A stretch of 64,000 nt of DNA from an uncultured Candidatus Saccharibacteria bacterium (GTDB lineage Bacteria > Patescibacteriota > Minisyncoccia > Phycocordibacterales > DSPV01), in NCBI GenBank assembly GCA_964349135.1, contig CAYGFK010000003.1, positions 12,252 through 76,251 of the forward strand. Reading direction: 5' to 3'. The notes beneath the pieces are model-generated. The model saw only the letters and a program-made list of their open reading frames with translations, was not told where the DNA came from and did not search any database. Position numbers and translations under genes: made by a program. Within the stretch, counting starts at the first letter, position 1. The number at the start of each line of letters is the position of its first letter. This document shows positions 36,705 to 45,579 of the stretch, in pieces.

Positions 36705-38387
36705 TTAGTTCCACTCAAGATTATTGATAAGTTCGATGCCTCGGAGGTACATGGCAAGTTGTCGTTTCGGGTTGTCTTTATGCAGGGGTGGCATCGAGAG
36801 AAAGAGGAGCGCTTCAATAAGGCCAACCGAAAACAAATCGAATTTGTTGGCAGCGAGTTCCCGGTCGAAATAGTGGCGCACATCCTCGAGTTCCGGGGAT
36901 GTAAAGAATTTCAGATTCCAAGTGTTTCCGTTTCCTTCCACGCTGAATAAGTCGCTCACGATGTAGTCGTAGAGTCCGTGGAAGCTGTGGCGAAGTTTTG
37001 CGACATCATATTTATGGTCTCCGAAGCTTGAGGTCTTGCCGAAGCTTCCGCGCGGGTCGATGCATTTAAGAATGTTGCTTGAAGGGTCATAGAGAATGTT
37101 GCCAAGAAAGAAGTCGCCATGAATAAATGAAATCTCTTTTTTCTGGTACAGCTTTTTAAGTGCTTTTTTGATGCGTGGCAAGAAGAAGGCGATATTGTGG
37201 TGGCGTTTGCCGTTTATGGTTAGTGTTTCAATCTCCATAAGGTCTTTCCATGATGCGGAGTTTTTGAGCTCCTCGAGGCGAGAAATCGTCTTCGTGAGAT
37301 ACATGTCTTCGTAGTATGTGAAGGGGACTGTCCCAGTGTGTTTTTTGAAGAGTGAAAGGGTGACGAAGAGTTTTTTAATGATAGTTTCCCAGAACTTGAT
37401 GTCGAGCGATTCAAACATGAGTAAATCAGCGAGTGTCTGGTAGCCATAGAATTCGGTGGTGTAGCTTGTAGAGCGAGCGGTGAGAGAAGCGTTTACAAGG
37501 CGAGGCGCGAAGATGGCTAAGTCGCCCGGAATAGTTTTATACCACTTGATTTCGTCAGCAATTTTTTTCTTGTTTCGTCCGGTTTTCGTGATGGTTCCGT
37601 ACGTATCGTCGTAGGTAATCGTATTGAACTCGCGAGTTTTGAGGAAATGTATTTTCGCTCGGTGATAGTTTTCGACATTTCCGCAGTCGAACCAATGTTG
37701 AGCGGGAACAAGCGAGAGGGGATTCTCTTTAACGTACTGTGTGAGGATGTCAGCGAGCTCGGTCTTTTGTTCTCTGTCGGTTGCATGCATAAGGAGGGAG
37801 CGAAGTGTGTCGGCATCGCGGAAAAAATAGACGCCACAGAGTATCTTACCGTTTCCTTCGTAGTGTGTCGGTTTATTGATAAATAAATGGTTTTTCCCGG
37901 TTTTTTCGACGAAGCACCATTTTGAGCTCTCCGAAATCGGGTCGGCAACGACGATAAAGTCTTTGTCGAACGAGAGAGCTCCTTTATAAAGAGTGTCGCC
38001 GAGGTAGACGAGAATCGATTCGGCCTCGTTGTTCTGTAGGGCCGAGGTAGCTATGGAGTGTCCAATACCGAGCTCGGGATTTTTGTTGTACAGAACGGTG
38101 AGAAGACATTTGCCCCCGTACATTCGTTTTGCATAGTGCTCGGTATGGTTGTCCTCTTTGTGGAGAACGAGTGCGATATCGGTAATTCCTCGTCCGATGA
38201 GGTCATCGATAATGTGGCCGATAACCGGTTTTCCGTTTATCGGTAGCATGGTGTCGGGGAGGTGCCTATGAGGGATAATTTTGTTTGTGGGGGTTCCCGC
38301 CGCCGGGATAATAGCAAGAATAGGTCCGCCGAGTTTTTTCTTCGGATGTGTGGTTGTGGTTTTCGTTTGTGTTCTCGGCGTCAACAT
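36705..38387 (-). CDS. Bifunctional fusion: N-terminal sugar-/choline-phosphate nucleotidyltransferase plus C-terminal APH/choline-kinase-like phosphotransferase (LicC-LicA-like or MurU-AmgK-like)
   Basis: N-terminal ILAIIPAAGTPTNKIIPH...NGKPVIGHII. C-terminal IHGDFFLGNILYD...IDP kinase motif. Confidence 0.55.
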   Translation of the reverse strand: MLTPRTQTKTTTTHPKKKLGGPILAIIPAAGTPTNKIIPHRHLPDTMLPINGKPVIGHIIDDLIGRGITDIALVLHKEDNHTEHYAKRMYGGKCLLTVLYNKNPELGIGHSIATSALQNNEAESILVYLGDTLYKGALSFDKDFIVVADPISESSKWCFVEKTGKNHLFINKPTHYEGNGKILCGVYFFRDADTLRSLLMHATDREQKTELADILTQYVKENPLSLVPAQHWFDCGNVENYHRAKIHFLKTREFNTITYDDTYGTITKTGRNKKKIADEIKWYKTIPGDLAIFAPRLVNASLTARSTSYTTEFYGYQTLADLLMFESLDIKFWETIIKKLFVTLSLFKKHTGTVPFTYYEDMYLTKTISRLEELKNSASWKDLMEIETLTINGKRHHNIAFFLPRIKKALKKLYQKKEISFIHGDFFLGNILYDPSSNILKCIDPRGSFGKTSSFGDHKYDVAKLRHSFHGLYDYIVSDLFSVEGNGNTWNLKFFTSPELEDVRHYFDRELAANKFDLFSVGLIEALLFLSMPPLHKDNPKRQLAMYLRGIELINNLEWN

Positions 38388-38391
38388 GGCA

Positions 38392-39162
38392 TTAAATACC
38401 TATCTTTTTTGTCTTAATCTCTTGTAAGAAAAGGGTCAGGTCTTCGGGGATGCCAAGACCGTGCATTTTTTCTTCTGGTATGTCGATGGCGTACACTGAT
38501 TTTCCCTCAAGGAGAAGTTCGTTGTATGAAGGGGCGACATAAAATTCGTTGTTATGTCTGATATTCTTGCGAACCATATTTTTTACAGCTTCAACAAAAT
38601 CAGACCCTTTCTTGAAATAGTAAATTCCTACGGTGGCACGGTTCGAGATGAGCTTTTTCTCAGCGACCTCAAGAACTCTATCTCTCTGGTCTGTGAGAAC
38701 ATAACTCCACTTCGGATGGCTTGAGCGGAAGGTCATTATGGCGCCATCTGCTTTAAGCGCGCGCGCTTTTTTTATAAACGCGTCCATAGGTGTCTCGATA
38801 AATTGGTCGGCGTTGGCGATGATAAGTTCGTTATCGTTATCGACGTGTTCGATAGCGGAAAGGGCGGTGAGCGCTGCACCTGCGGTGGCGCCTTGAATCG
38901 GTACGATTTCAAACGTGTTGCGACTCGCTTGTTTGAGGATGTTGTAGAGGTCATATTTCTCGTAGTGTTCCCGCAGACACACAAAAATAAATGTATGGTC
39001 GTCAGACGGCCTTAAATTGTTCACCACGATTTCAATCATGGTCTTCCCATGGATGTCGATGAGTGGTTTTGGGAACGCGTAACCGGCTTCGGTGAATTTA
39101 CCGCCACGACCGGCCATCGGGATAAGAATATTGATGTGTTTTTTATTCTTGCCTATCATCAT
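38392..39162 (-). CDS. Sugar-phosphate nucleotidyltransferase (NTP_transferase family)
   Basis: ILIPMAGRGGKF...KPLIDIHGKTMIEIV. Confidence 0.6.
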   Translation of the reverse strand: MMIGKNKKHINILIPMAGRGGKFTEAGYAFPKPLIDIHGKTMIEIVVNNLRPSDDHTFIFVCLREHYEKYDLYNILKQASRNTFEIVPIQGATAGAALTALSAIEHVDNDNELIIANADQFIETPMDAFIKKARALKADGAIMTFRSSHPKWSYVLTDQRDRVLEVAEKKLISNRATVGIYYFKKGSDFVEAVKNMVRKNIRHNNEFYVAPSYNELLLEGKSVYAIDIPEEKMHGLGIPEDLTLFLQEIKTKKIGI

Positions 39163-39169
39163 CGTCGTG

Positions 39170-39982
39170 TTACTGCTTGTAATGGTTGAGGAAATACTCA
39201 AGGTCTTCAGGCGTACCGAGTCCCCACATCTCCGGGATGACCGCTACCTGCACTTTCATACCCGTATCGAGGAGCTCTTGATACAGAGGGGCGATATAGA
39301 ATTCCGCTTTACCGCTTGGTCCGAAGGTCTTGTTGTCGCGAATGACGCGCTTTGCGAGGTCGAGGAAATATTTTCCTTTTGAGAAATAATATGCGCCGAT
39401 ATTTGCATAGGCGCCCGCCTCCATGAGTTTCGGGTCTTTTTCGGCAACGTGTACGGCATGATTGCTTCCTTCGCGCGTAAGCGTGTAGCTCCATTTTGGG
39501 ATTCCATCATTGCGCGCACGAAAGACAGGGATGATACCGGCCGTATCGGCGTCTTTAGATTGAATGAGGTGCGCGAGATTGGTACCGTCGAAGAAATGGT
39601 CCGAGTCTGAGATGAGAAGCTCGTCGTCAGGGTCGATGTGCGCTTCGGCCGTGAGCGCGGTCTCGGTGGCACCTCTCGTAACGGCGTCGAGTTTGATGAC
39701 GGTGATATCGTCCGAGTAGATTTTTTTGAGATTCTTCTCGATATCGTGTTCGATGTCATGCTCTTTCAGGATAATGAAGATGAGGTCTTTTGGAGAGACA
39801 GAAAGGCCACCCGTGATTTCTTCTCCGGGATGTTTGATGAAAGGGAACGAGCCGGATGCCCATCGTATCATCGGCTTTCCGTGTACCGAGATGAACGGTT
39901 TCGGTTTGAAATATTCGGGATTGGACTCTGCCACCGCTTTAAACCTGCTTCCAAGCCCCGCCATGGGAAAGATAATTTTCAT
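39170..39982 (-). CDS. Sugar-phosphate nucleotidyltransferase (paralog)
   Basis: KIIFPMAGLGSRF...KPFISVHGKPMIRWA. Confidence 0.6.
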   Translation of the reverse strand: MKIIFPMAGLGSRFKAVAESNPEYFKPKPFISVHGKPMIRWASGSFPFIKHPGEEITGGLSVSPKDLIFIILKEHDIEHDIEKNLKKIYSDDITVIKLDAVTRGATETALTAEAHIDPDDELLISDSDHFFDGTNLAHLIQSKDADTAGIIPVFRARNDGIPKWSYTLTREGSNHAVHVAEKDPKLMEAGAYANIGAYYFSKGKYFLDLAKRVIRDNKTFGPSGKAEFYIAPLYQELLDTGMKVQVAVIPEMWGLGTPEDLEYFLNHYKQ

Positions 39983-40308
39983 TGTTTTTCCACGATATAT
40001 TTATCTCCTTTGACCGACCGTGTTTTTACAACGGCCGTGTAGCCATTCTTCAGGCAGGCAAACGACGACACTTCTCTCGGTTTAAACATAAACACGCTAC
40101 CCGGCCCGAGTTTCTTTCCGTTGACTCTAAATTGTCCGGAGACAACGACGGTGACTTCGATGGCTTTCTTGTGGTAGTGGGTGTCGTCACAATCTCCTTT
40201 GCGATATTTCTTTACCGAGAACTCAAATTTCTTAGTGCGCAGAACAGCAGGGGAGAAATTTCCCACGACCCACCCACCTTTGAATTTGTTTAAGGTACGC
40301 ACGTTCAT
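39979..40308 (-). CDS. Cupin-fold small protein (possible sugar epimerase/isomerase)
   Basis: THYHKKAIEVTVVVSGQFRVNGK.LGPGSVF pattern of a cupin barrel. Confidence 0.4.
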   Translation of the reverse strand: MNVRTLNKFKGGWVVGNFSPAVLRTKKFEFSVKKYRKGDCDDTHYHKKAIEVTVVVSGQFRVNGKKLGPGSVFMFKPREVSSFACLKNGYTAVVKTRSVKGDKYIVEKQ

Positions 40309-40934
40309 AGTTTTAAGAGTTCACTGAAGAGCGAAAGGTTTACATCTTCTACACCGCGTACCTCAAAGACTTTCGCTCCGCTTGCTTTCGCGGCGGCGAT
40401 GCCGTGGGGCGCGTCCTCGACAATGATACATTCGTGAGGTTGTACATCGAGCTTCTTGAATGCCCTCAGGTATATTTCCGGGTGCGGTTTTGGATTTTCC
40501 ACTTCGTCGTTGCCGATGATGACATCAAAATGGTCATAGAGCTGTGAGGATTTAAGCATCAAGTGGAGCGTCTCTTTGATGGAGTTTGAGCAACAGCCGA
40601 GCTTGAATCCTTGAGACTTCAAATGCTTGAGGAGGATAGTTTTTGAGTAATCCGGTGGACAGTAAGAGGGGATGATTTCTTTAGTGTACTGCTGTTTGAC
40701 GTCGTTGATGAATTCCCGAAGACCTCGTGGCAATCGCCCTTCTTCTTCAAGACGCTCAACTTTCTTTCGAGTCGGAAGTCCATTGAAAGAGCTAAAGTGC
40801 TCATCTCGTTCAATTTTTGTACCAAAAAGCGCGAGTGCTTGATTCAGCGCTTCATAGTGACCGTCCGGCATGTTGACAAGCACGCCGTCGAGGTCGAAGA
40901 GAATCGCTTTGACTTTATGTTTCGGTTTAGCCAT
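40305..40934 (-). CDS. HAD-superfamily hydrolase, beta-phosphoglucomutase/phosphatase-like
   Basis: AILFDLDGVLVN; C-terminal VEDAPHGIAAAKASGAKV. ORF track extends to 41015; start placed at MAKPK (40934). Confidence 0.6.
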   Translation of the reverse strand: MAKPKHKVKAILFDLDGVLVNMPDGHYEALNQALALFGTKIERDEHFSSFNGLPTRKKVERLEEEGRLPRGLREFINDVKQQYTKEIIPSYCPPDYSKTILLKHLKSQGFKLGCCSNSIKETLHLMLKSSQLYDHFDVIIGNDEVENPKPHPEIYLRAFKKLDVQPHECIIVEDAPHGIAAAKASGAKVFEVRGVEDVNLSLFSELLKL

Positions 40935-40935
40935 G

Positions 40936-42195
40936 TCATTCTCTGACTGCCCAAAGTGGTCGGAAACAATTGCGTTGGCTTGGGGCTGGCGGTGTGAAGC
41001 GGATTCCTGGACCACTGGTGTTGACTAACGTGAATGTGAGTTGTCCCACTTCGCCCCCAACAAGACGTTTTAAACCCCGAACCCCCATGTCTATTTCGAT
41101 TCGGTACGAGCCTTCAGCGAGTGTATTTGCAGGGATAATGAAGCGCTTCTTGAACGGACCAGGTTGCACTGTTGGCGGAGTGGTTTGTTCAGTGTCGTCA
41201 TAGAGTGAATACGCAAGTATGCTTCCGAGTTCTGAATATAAGGTAAAGCCAATCACCAGATTTCTGGTCTGGAATCCGATACTACCTTCGAGCGTAATTT
41301 CGAGTGGAGCGGCGGTGTGGAACTGGTATCCTTCGGCGAGCATTTTAATTGAACTTCGATTTAATCGAATATGATTTGTGCCACCCTCACCTTTCCATTC
41401 ATGCACCTCAGTTTTTACATGTTCAGAAAGATATTTCTTTATAACTTTATCGGTATCTCCCTCCATAATAATTTTTCCTTTGTCGAGAAGTATGGTACGT
41501 GTGCAAAGTTGGCTGATGGCTGACATATTGTGGCTCACAAAAATAATAGTACGCCCATTTGTTCGAGTCGCTTCCTCCATTTTTCCGAGACATTTTTTCT
41601 GGAACTCAGCATCGCCAACGGCAAGTACTTCGTCAACGAGAAGGATATCGGGTTCGAGGTGTGCGGCAACAGAGAAGGCGAGTCGGACATACATACCACT
41701 TGAGTAGCGCTTTACAGGGGTGTCGATGAACTGCTCGACGCCAGAGAAATCAATAATCTGTTCCATCTTTTCCTTGATTTCGTTTCGCGTCATGCCAAGA
41801 ATGGCGCCATTGAGAAAGATATTTTCACGACCGGTAAGCTCAGGGTGGAATCCAGTGCCGACTTCAAGTAGTGATGCCGCCTTTCCTTTTATTTTTATTT
41901 CTCCCGTTGTTGGTGGAGTGATACCGGTAAGCAATTTAAGTAATGTTGATTTGCCGGCCCCATTTTTGCCGATAATGCCTACAATTTCGCCGCGTTTAAT
42001 CTCAAGGTCGATATTTTTTAATGCCCAAAATTCTTCCTTCTTCTCGCGACGCAAGAGTCGTCCACCTTGTCCTTTAAGACTTTTGAATGGACTAAATATC
42101 ATGCCGGTGATTGTGTCACGTAGAGCATAGTAGCGCGCACGTTGTGTGATTTTGTATAGTTTTGAGACGTTTTTTATTGAAATAACAGTTTCCAT
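40936..42195 (-). CDS. ABC transporter ATP-binding protein, Wzt/TagH-like, with C-terminal extension (polysaccharide export)
   Basis: Walker A GIIGKNGAGKST; signature YSSGMYVRLAF; about 170 aa of C-terminal extra domain. ORF track extends to 42267; start placed at METVISIKN (42195). Confidence 0.7.
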   Translation of the reverse strand: METVISIKNVSKLYKITQRARYYALRDTITGMIFSPFKSLKGQGGRLLRREKKEEFWALKNIDLEIKRGEIVGIIGKNGAGKSTLLKLLTGITPPTTGEIKIKGKAASLLEVGTGFHPELTGRENIFLNGAILGMTRNEIKEKMEQIIDFSGVEQFIDTPVKRYSSGMYVRLAFSVAAHLEPDILLVDEVLAVGDAEFQKKCLGKMEEATRTNGRTIIFVSHNMSAISQLCTRTILLDKGKIIMEGDTDKVIKKYLSEHVKTEVHEWKGEGGTNHIRLNRSSIKMLAEGYQFHTAAPLEITLEGSIGFQTRNLVIGFTLYSELGSILAYSLYDDTEQTTPPTVQPGPFKKRFIIPANTLAEGSYRIEIDMGVRGLKRLVGGEVGQLTFTLVNTSGPGIRFTPPAPSQRNCFRPLWAVRE

Positions 42196-42199
42196 GGAT

Positions 42200-43027
42200 T
42201 TAGACGACATCGGCGAAGTAACGTTCTGTTTTCTTGAATACAACAATGCCGATGATGAACAGCACAACGCTTAGGGCGCCGGAAAGCGCAAGCCCCGACC
42301 ATTCAATAGGTCCGGTTCCAAGAAGTACGGCGCGGGCATTTTCGATGACGCTTGCCATCGGGTTTAAATTGAGTACCCATTCATATTTCCCCGCAAGTGA
42401 TGTCGGGTAAATGACTGGCGTGACGAAGATAAGCATTTGAATGAAGTAGGGGAGTACGTAGCGGACGTCTCGATATTTGACGTTGATAGCCGAGAGGATG
42501 AGTCCTGCGCCTTCAGCTGTCATGAAGGCGATAAGGAAGAGGATGGGAACGAGCACAACGCTCATGGCGGTCGGGTAGTATCCGTACCAAATCATGAGCC
42601 CGATGAGAATGAGCCCTGCGAAGAAGGTGTCGACAAGTTTTGTGGTCGATGCGGAGATGGGGAGCAAGAGCCGGGGAAAATAGACCTTGGTGACGATGGA
42701 AGCGTTTGAGACAAGGGTACCTGATGCGTCAGAGAGCGAGGTTGAGAAGAACTGCCAGAGAAGTAAACCGCTGTAGACGAAAATAGGATAAGGGATATTG
42801 TCGGATGGGAGGTCGGCAAGTTTTCCGAAGACGAGACTGAAGACGACCATGGCCATAAGCGGTTGAAACACGGCCCAGGCGATGCCGACGACCGTTTGCT
42901 TATATTTTACTTTGATGTCGCGCCAGGCGAAGAAATAGAGGAGTCCTCGGTATTCCCAAATCTCCCTGAGGTCATCCCAGCTCAGGATTTTTTTCGGTCT
43001 GATAATTTTTGTCCAGGTTTCTGCCAT
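42200..43027 (-). CDS. ABC-2 type transporter permease, Wzm/TagG-like
   Basis: Six TM helices, ABC-2 family. Confidence 0.7.
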   Translation of the reverse strand: MAETWTKIIRPKKILSWDDLREIWEYRGLLYFFAWRDIKVKYKQTVVGIAWAVFQPLMAMVVFSLVFGKLADLPSDNIPYPIFVYSGLLLWQFFSTSLSDASGTLVSNASIVTKVYFPRLLLPISASTTKLVDTFFAGLILIGLMIWYGYYPTAMSVVLVPILFLIAFMTAEGAGLILSAINVKYRDVRYVLPYFIQMLIFVTPVIYPTSLAGKYEWVLNLNPMASVIENARAVLLGTGPIEWSGLALSGALSVVLFIIGIVVFKKTERYFADVV

Positions 43028-43028
43028 G

Positions 43029-44081
43029 TTATTTCATTCCAAGGTCTGAGCGGACCATACGGCGCACCAACTCTTTAAACGAGACTTTTGGTTTCCAGCC
43101 AAGCTCTTTTTTTGCCTGTTCCGGATTCCCTTTAAGTGACCACACTTCATTCGGACGGAAGTACTTCATGTCGATTCGTACCAATACTTTTCCGGTCTTT
43201 TTATCGATTCCTTTCTCGTCCTTCCCCTTTCCTTTCCATATAAGGTCGATACCCGCTTCTTTAAACGCAAGAGTGCAGAATTCTCGTACCGTGTGTTGTT
43301 CGCCTGAGGCGATAACATAATCTTTTGGAGTCTTCTGCTGAAGCATAAGATGCATGGCCTCGACATGGTCTTCGGCATGACTCCAGTCGCGCTTCGCGTC
43401 AAGGTTGCCGAGCGCGACGTGTTCGCGCTTTCCGTCAAGTATCTCTTTGATGCCAAGCGTGATTTTACGTGTTACGAAGTTTTCACCACGACGCTCGCTT
43501 TCATGGTTAAAAAGTATGCCACCTACAACGAACATGTTGTAACTCTCCCTATAGATTCGGCCAATGTGGTGCGCATAGAGCTTCGCGGCTCCATAGGGAC
43601 TCCGTGGTTTAAAGGGAGTATCTTCAGTGAGGTATTCCGTCTCTTGGTCACCAGGAAACATTTCAGACGTTGATGCCTGATAAATCTTTGTTGGAAGTTT
43701 TAGGTGTTTGACGGCCTCAAGAATATTGAGCAGGCCGAGGGCGTCGGCTTGCGCGGTGTAGACCGGTTTTTCAAATGAAACCTGGACATGGCTTTGTGCG
43801 CCGAGGTTGTAAATCTCATCGGGCTCTACCGCGGTAATGGTTGAGAGGACAGAAATCGGGTCGGTGAGGTCTCCGTAGTGGAGCCGGAGTTTATCCGGAT
43901 TCACGTAATCGTAGATATGTTGAATGCGTTGAAAATTGAACGATGAGGCACGTCTGACGATTCCATGTACCTCATACCCTTTCGAGAGGAGAAGTTCGGC
44001 CAAGTACGAGCCGTCTTGGCCGGTGATGCCGGTGATGAGCGCTTTTTTAATTTTACTTTTTTTGGTCGTCTTCTTTTTCAT
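43029..44081 (-). CDS. gmd: GDP-mannose 4,6-dehydratase
   Basis: [36 protein letters not shown]... matches Gmd throughout. Confidence 0.85.
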   Translation of the reverse strand: MKKKTTKKSKIKKALITGITGQDGSYLAELLLSKGYEVHGIVRRASSFNFQRIQHIYDYVNPDKLRLHYGDLTDPISVLSTITAVEPDEIYNLGAQSHVQVSFEKPVYTAQADALGLLNILEAVKHLKLPTKIYQASTSEMFPGDQETEYLTEDTPFKPRSPYGAAKLYAHHIGRIYRESYNMFVVGGILFNHESERRGENFVTRKITLGIKEILDGKREHVALGNLDAKRDWSHAEDHVEAMHLMLQQKTPKDYVIASGEQHTVREFCTLAFKEAGIDLIWKGKGKDEKGIDKKTGKVLVRIDMKYFRPNEVWSLKGNPEQAKKELGWKPKVSFKELVRRMVRSDLGMK

Positions 44082-44085
44082 GTCA

Positions 44086-44331
44086 TTACCATTTATTTAT
44101 TTTCTTGACGACGTTCTCTTTGATTTTGAAATACTGTCGTGCCGCTTTACGTTCCAGGTCAGGGGAGAGGAGCATGAGGAGCTCATGTCCCAGGATGCGG
44201 TATTGGCCACCAATTTTATTAGCCCGAATAAGCCCATTTTTAAGCATGCGTTTAATGGTGCTTTTACTCACTCTTAGGAGCTGTTGGGTTTCGGTCGTGG
44301 TATAGACCGCTCCAGGCCTTATTTCTTCCAT
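44086..44331 (-). CDS. Small excisionase/MerR-like HTH DNA-binding protein
   Basis: [32 protein letters not shown] helix-turn-helix. The ATG at 44331 gives a leaderless start; the TTG at 44367 is the alternative. Confidence 0.5.
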   Translation of the reverse strand: MEEIRPGAVYTTTETQQLLRVSKSTIKRMLKNGLIRANKIGGQYRILGHELLMLLSPDLERKAARQYFKIKENVVKKINKW

Positions 44332-44370
44332 ACCTATTAAACTACACCCGGTGTCAAAAGGTGTCAACAG
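44332..44370 (-). promoter_or_regulatory. Promoter with tandem operator-like direct repeats upstream of the HTH gene
   Basis: On the minus strand, TTGACACC repeated twice 10 bp apart (plus strand GGTGTCAA at 44350-57 and 44360-67). The first copy can serve as the -35 for a weak TAGTTT -10 element. ACACC-C-GGTGT palindrome adjacent. Confidence 0.4.
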
Positions 44371-44416
44371 GGCTCACACTAAATCGAAATTGCCACAAAA
44401 CACAATCCATCTTTAA

Positions 44417-44450
44417 CAACGCTATAGCTCTGTTAAAGATGGATGTGCAA
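44417..44450 (-). terminator. Hairpin downstream of the epimerase gene
   Basis: Perfect 11-bp inverted repeat CATCTTTAACA/TGTTAAAGATG. Confidence 0.45.
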
Positions 44451-44487
44451 TATTCGTTTTAATTGAGCTTATGCGCTCACGGCGCTA

Positions 44488-45540
44488 TTAAGTCAGATAA
44501 GGTCGGCAGAGGTCTTCCATAAGGCGGTCGTTGTCGTAGGTGATTCTCCAGTTCGGGTAGCGTCTTCGAAATTTCTCTGATGAATAGATGCACCAGATGT
44601 GGTCTCCGCGTCGCGTGGTATCCGAATAATCGACATTCGCTTTTGTGTCGAGAATTTTTTCTGCTTGGGCGATGGCTTCTAAGATAGAATTGTTTGATTC
44701 GCGCCCGCCACCGATATTATAGAATTCTCCCGGTTCGGCTTTCGGGTCATTAAACACTTCCCAGAACGCCCCGATGAGGTCGTGGGCATGAATATTGTCG
44801 CGAACTTGTTTACCCTTGTATCCATTGATGGTGTATTTCTCTCCTGTTGCGACGCATTTAACCAGGTAGGCAAGGTAGCCGTGGAGTTTCGCTCCCTTAT
44901 GGGCCGGTCCTGAGATACACACGGGACGGAAAATGGTGATGGGGAGATTGAAATACGTGCCGTATTCACGCGCCATAATATCTCCTGAAGCTTTGGAGGC
45001 ACCGAAGAGCGAGTGAAGGGCGCCGTCATGACGCATGCTCTCATCTTCACCTTTCCACTTTGGGTGCGTACTTGGAAGGTCAAAACGTGTTTCGTATTCC
45101 TGCAAAGGAAGGTGGTTGACCGAATCACCGTAGATTTTACTGGATGAGACGTGGATAAACTTAGCGTTTGGTGAGTGTTGGCGGTAGGCCTCGAGTACCA
45201 CGATGGTGCCGTAAGCGTTTATCTGAAAATCATCAAGTGCGTGGTTGGTAGACCATTCGTGGGCGGGTTGTGCCGCAGCATGGATGATGAGGTCGAACGG
45301 ACCGTATTTCGTGAAGACGTTGACGATTTCTTCTGGGGAGCGGATATCAGCCGTAAGACTTTTGAATGTTGGATAGAGTTTCTCGAGTTTCTTACGTTCG
45401 GGGTCGGTAGACGCGTCTTTCCCGAACATTTTTCCGCGCATATCGTTATCTACGCCGAATACCGTCCACTTCTTTTCACAGAGGAATCTGACCGCCTCGC
45501 TTCCGACAAGTCCGGAAGAGCCTGTAATGAGTGCTTTCAT
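44488..45540 (-). CDS. NAD-dependent epimerase/dehydratase (SDR; GDP-4-keto-6-deoxymannose reductase/epimerase-type candidate)
   Basis: MKALITGSSGLVGSEAV Rossmann motif and a YxxxK region. Start placed at MKAL; the ORF extends to 45606. Confidence 0.65.
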   Translation of the reverse strand: MKALITGSSGLVGSEAVRFLCEKKWTVFGVDNDMRGKMFGKDASTDPERKKLEKLYPTFKSLTADIRSPEEIVNVFTKYGPFDLIIHAAAQPAHEWSTNHALDDFQINAYGTIVVLEAYRQHSPNAKFIHVSSSKIYGDSVNHLPLQEYETRFDLPSTHPKWKGEDESMRHDGALHSLFGASKASGDIMAREYGTYFNLPITIFRPVCISGPAHKGAKLHGYLAYLVKCVATGEKYTINGYKGKQVRDNIHAHDLIGAFWEVFNDPKAEPGEFYNIGGGRESNNSILEAIAQAEKILDTKANVDYSDTTRRGDHIWCIYSSEKFRRRYPNWRITYDNDRLMEDLCRPYLT

Positions 45541-45579
45541 TGCCTTTTGGGGATGTAGAGTATAGTATGATTTACGTTC

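Noticed and set aside
44086-44367. Excisionase-type HTH as a marker of an integrated mobile element
   Set aside because: No integrase, recombinase, att-like direct repeats or tRNA target nearby; flanked by core glycan genes.
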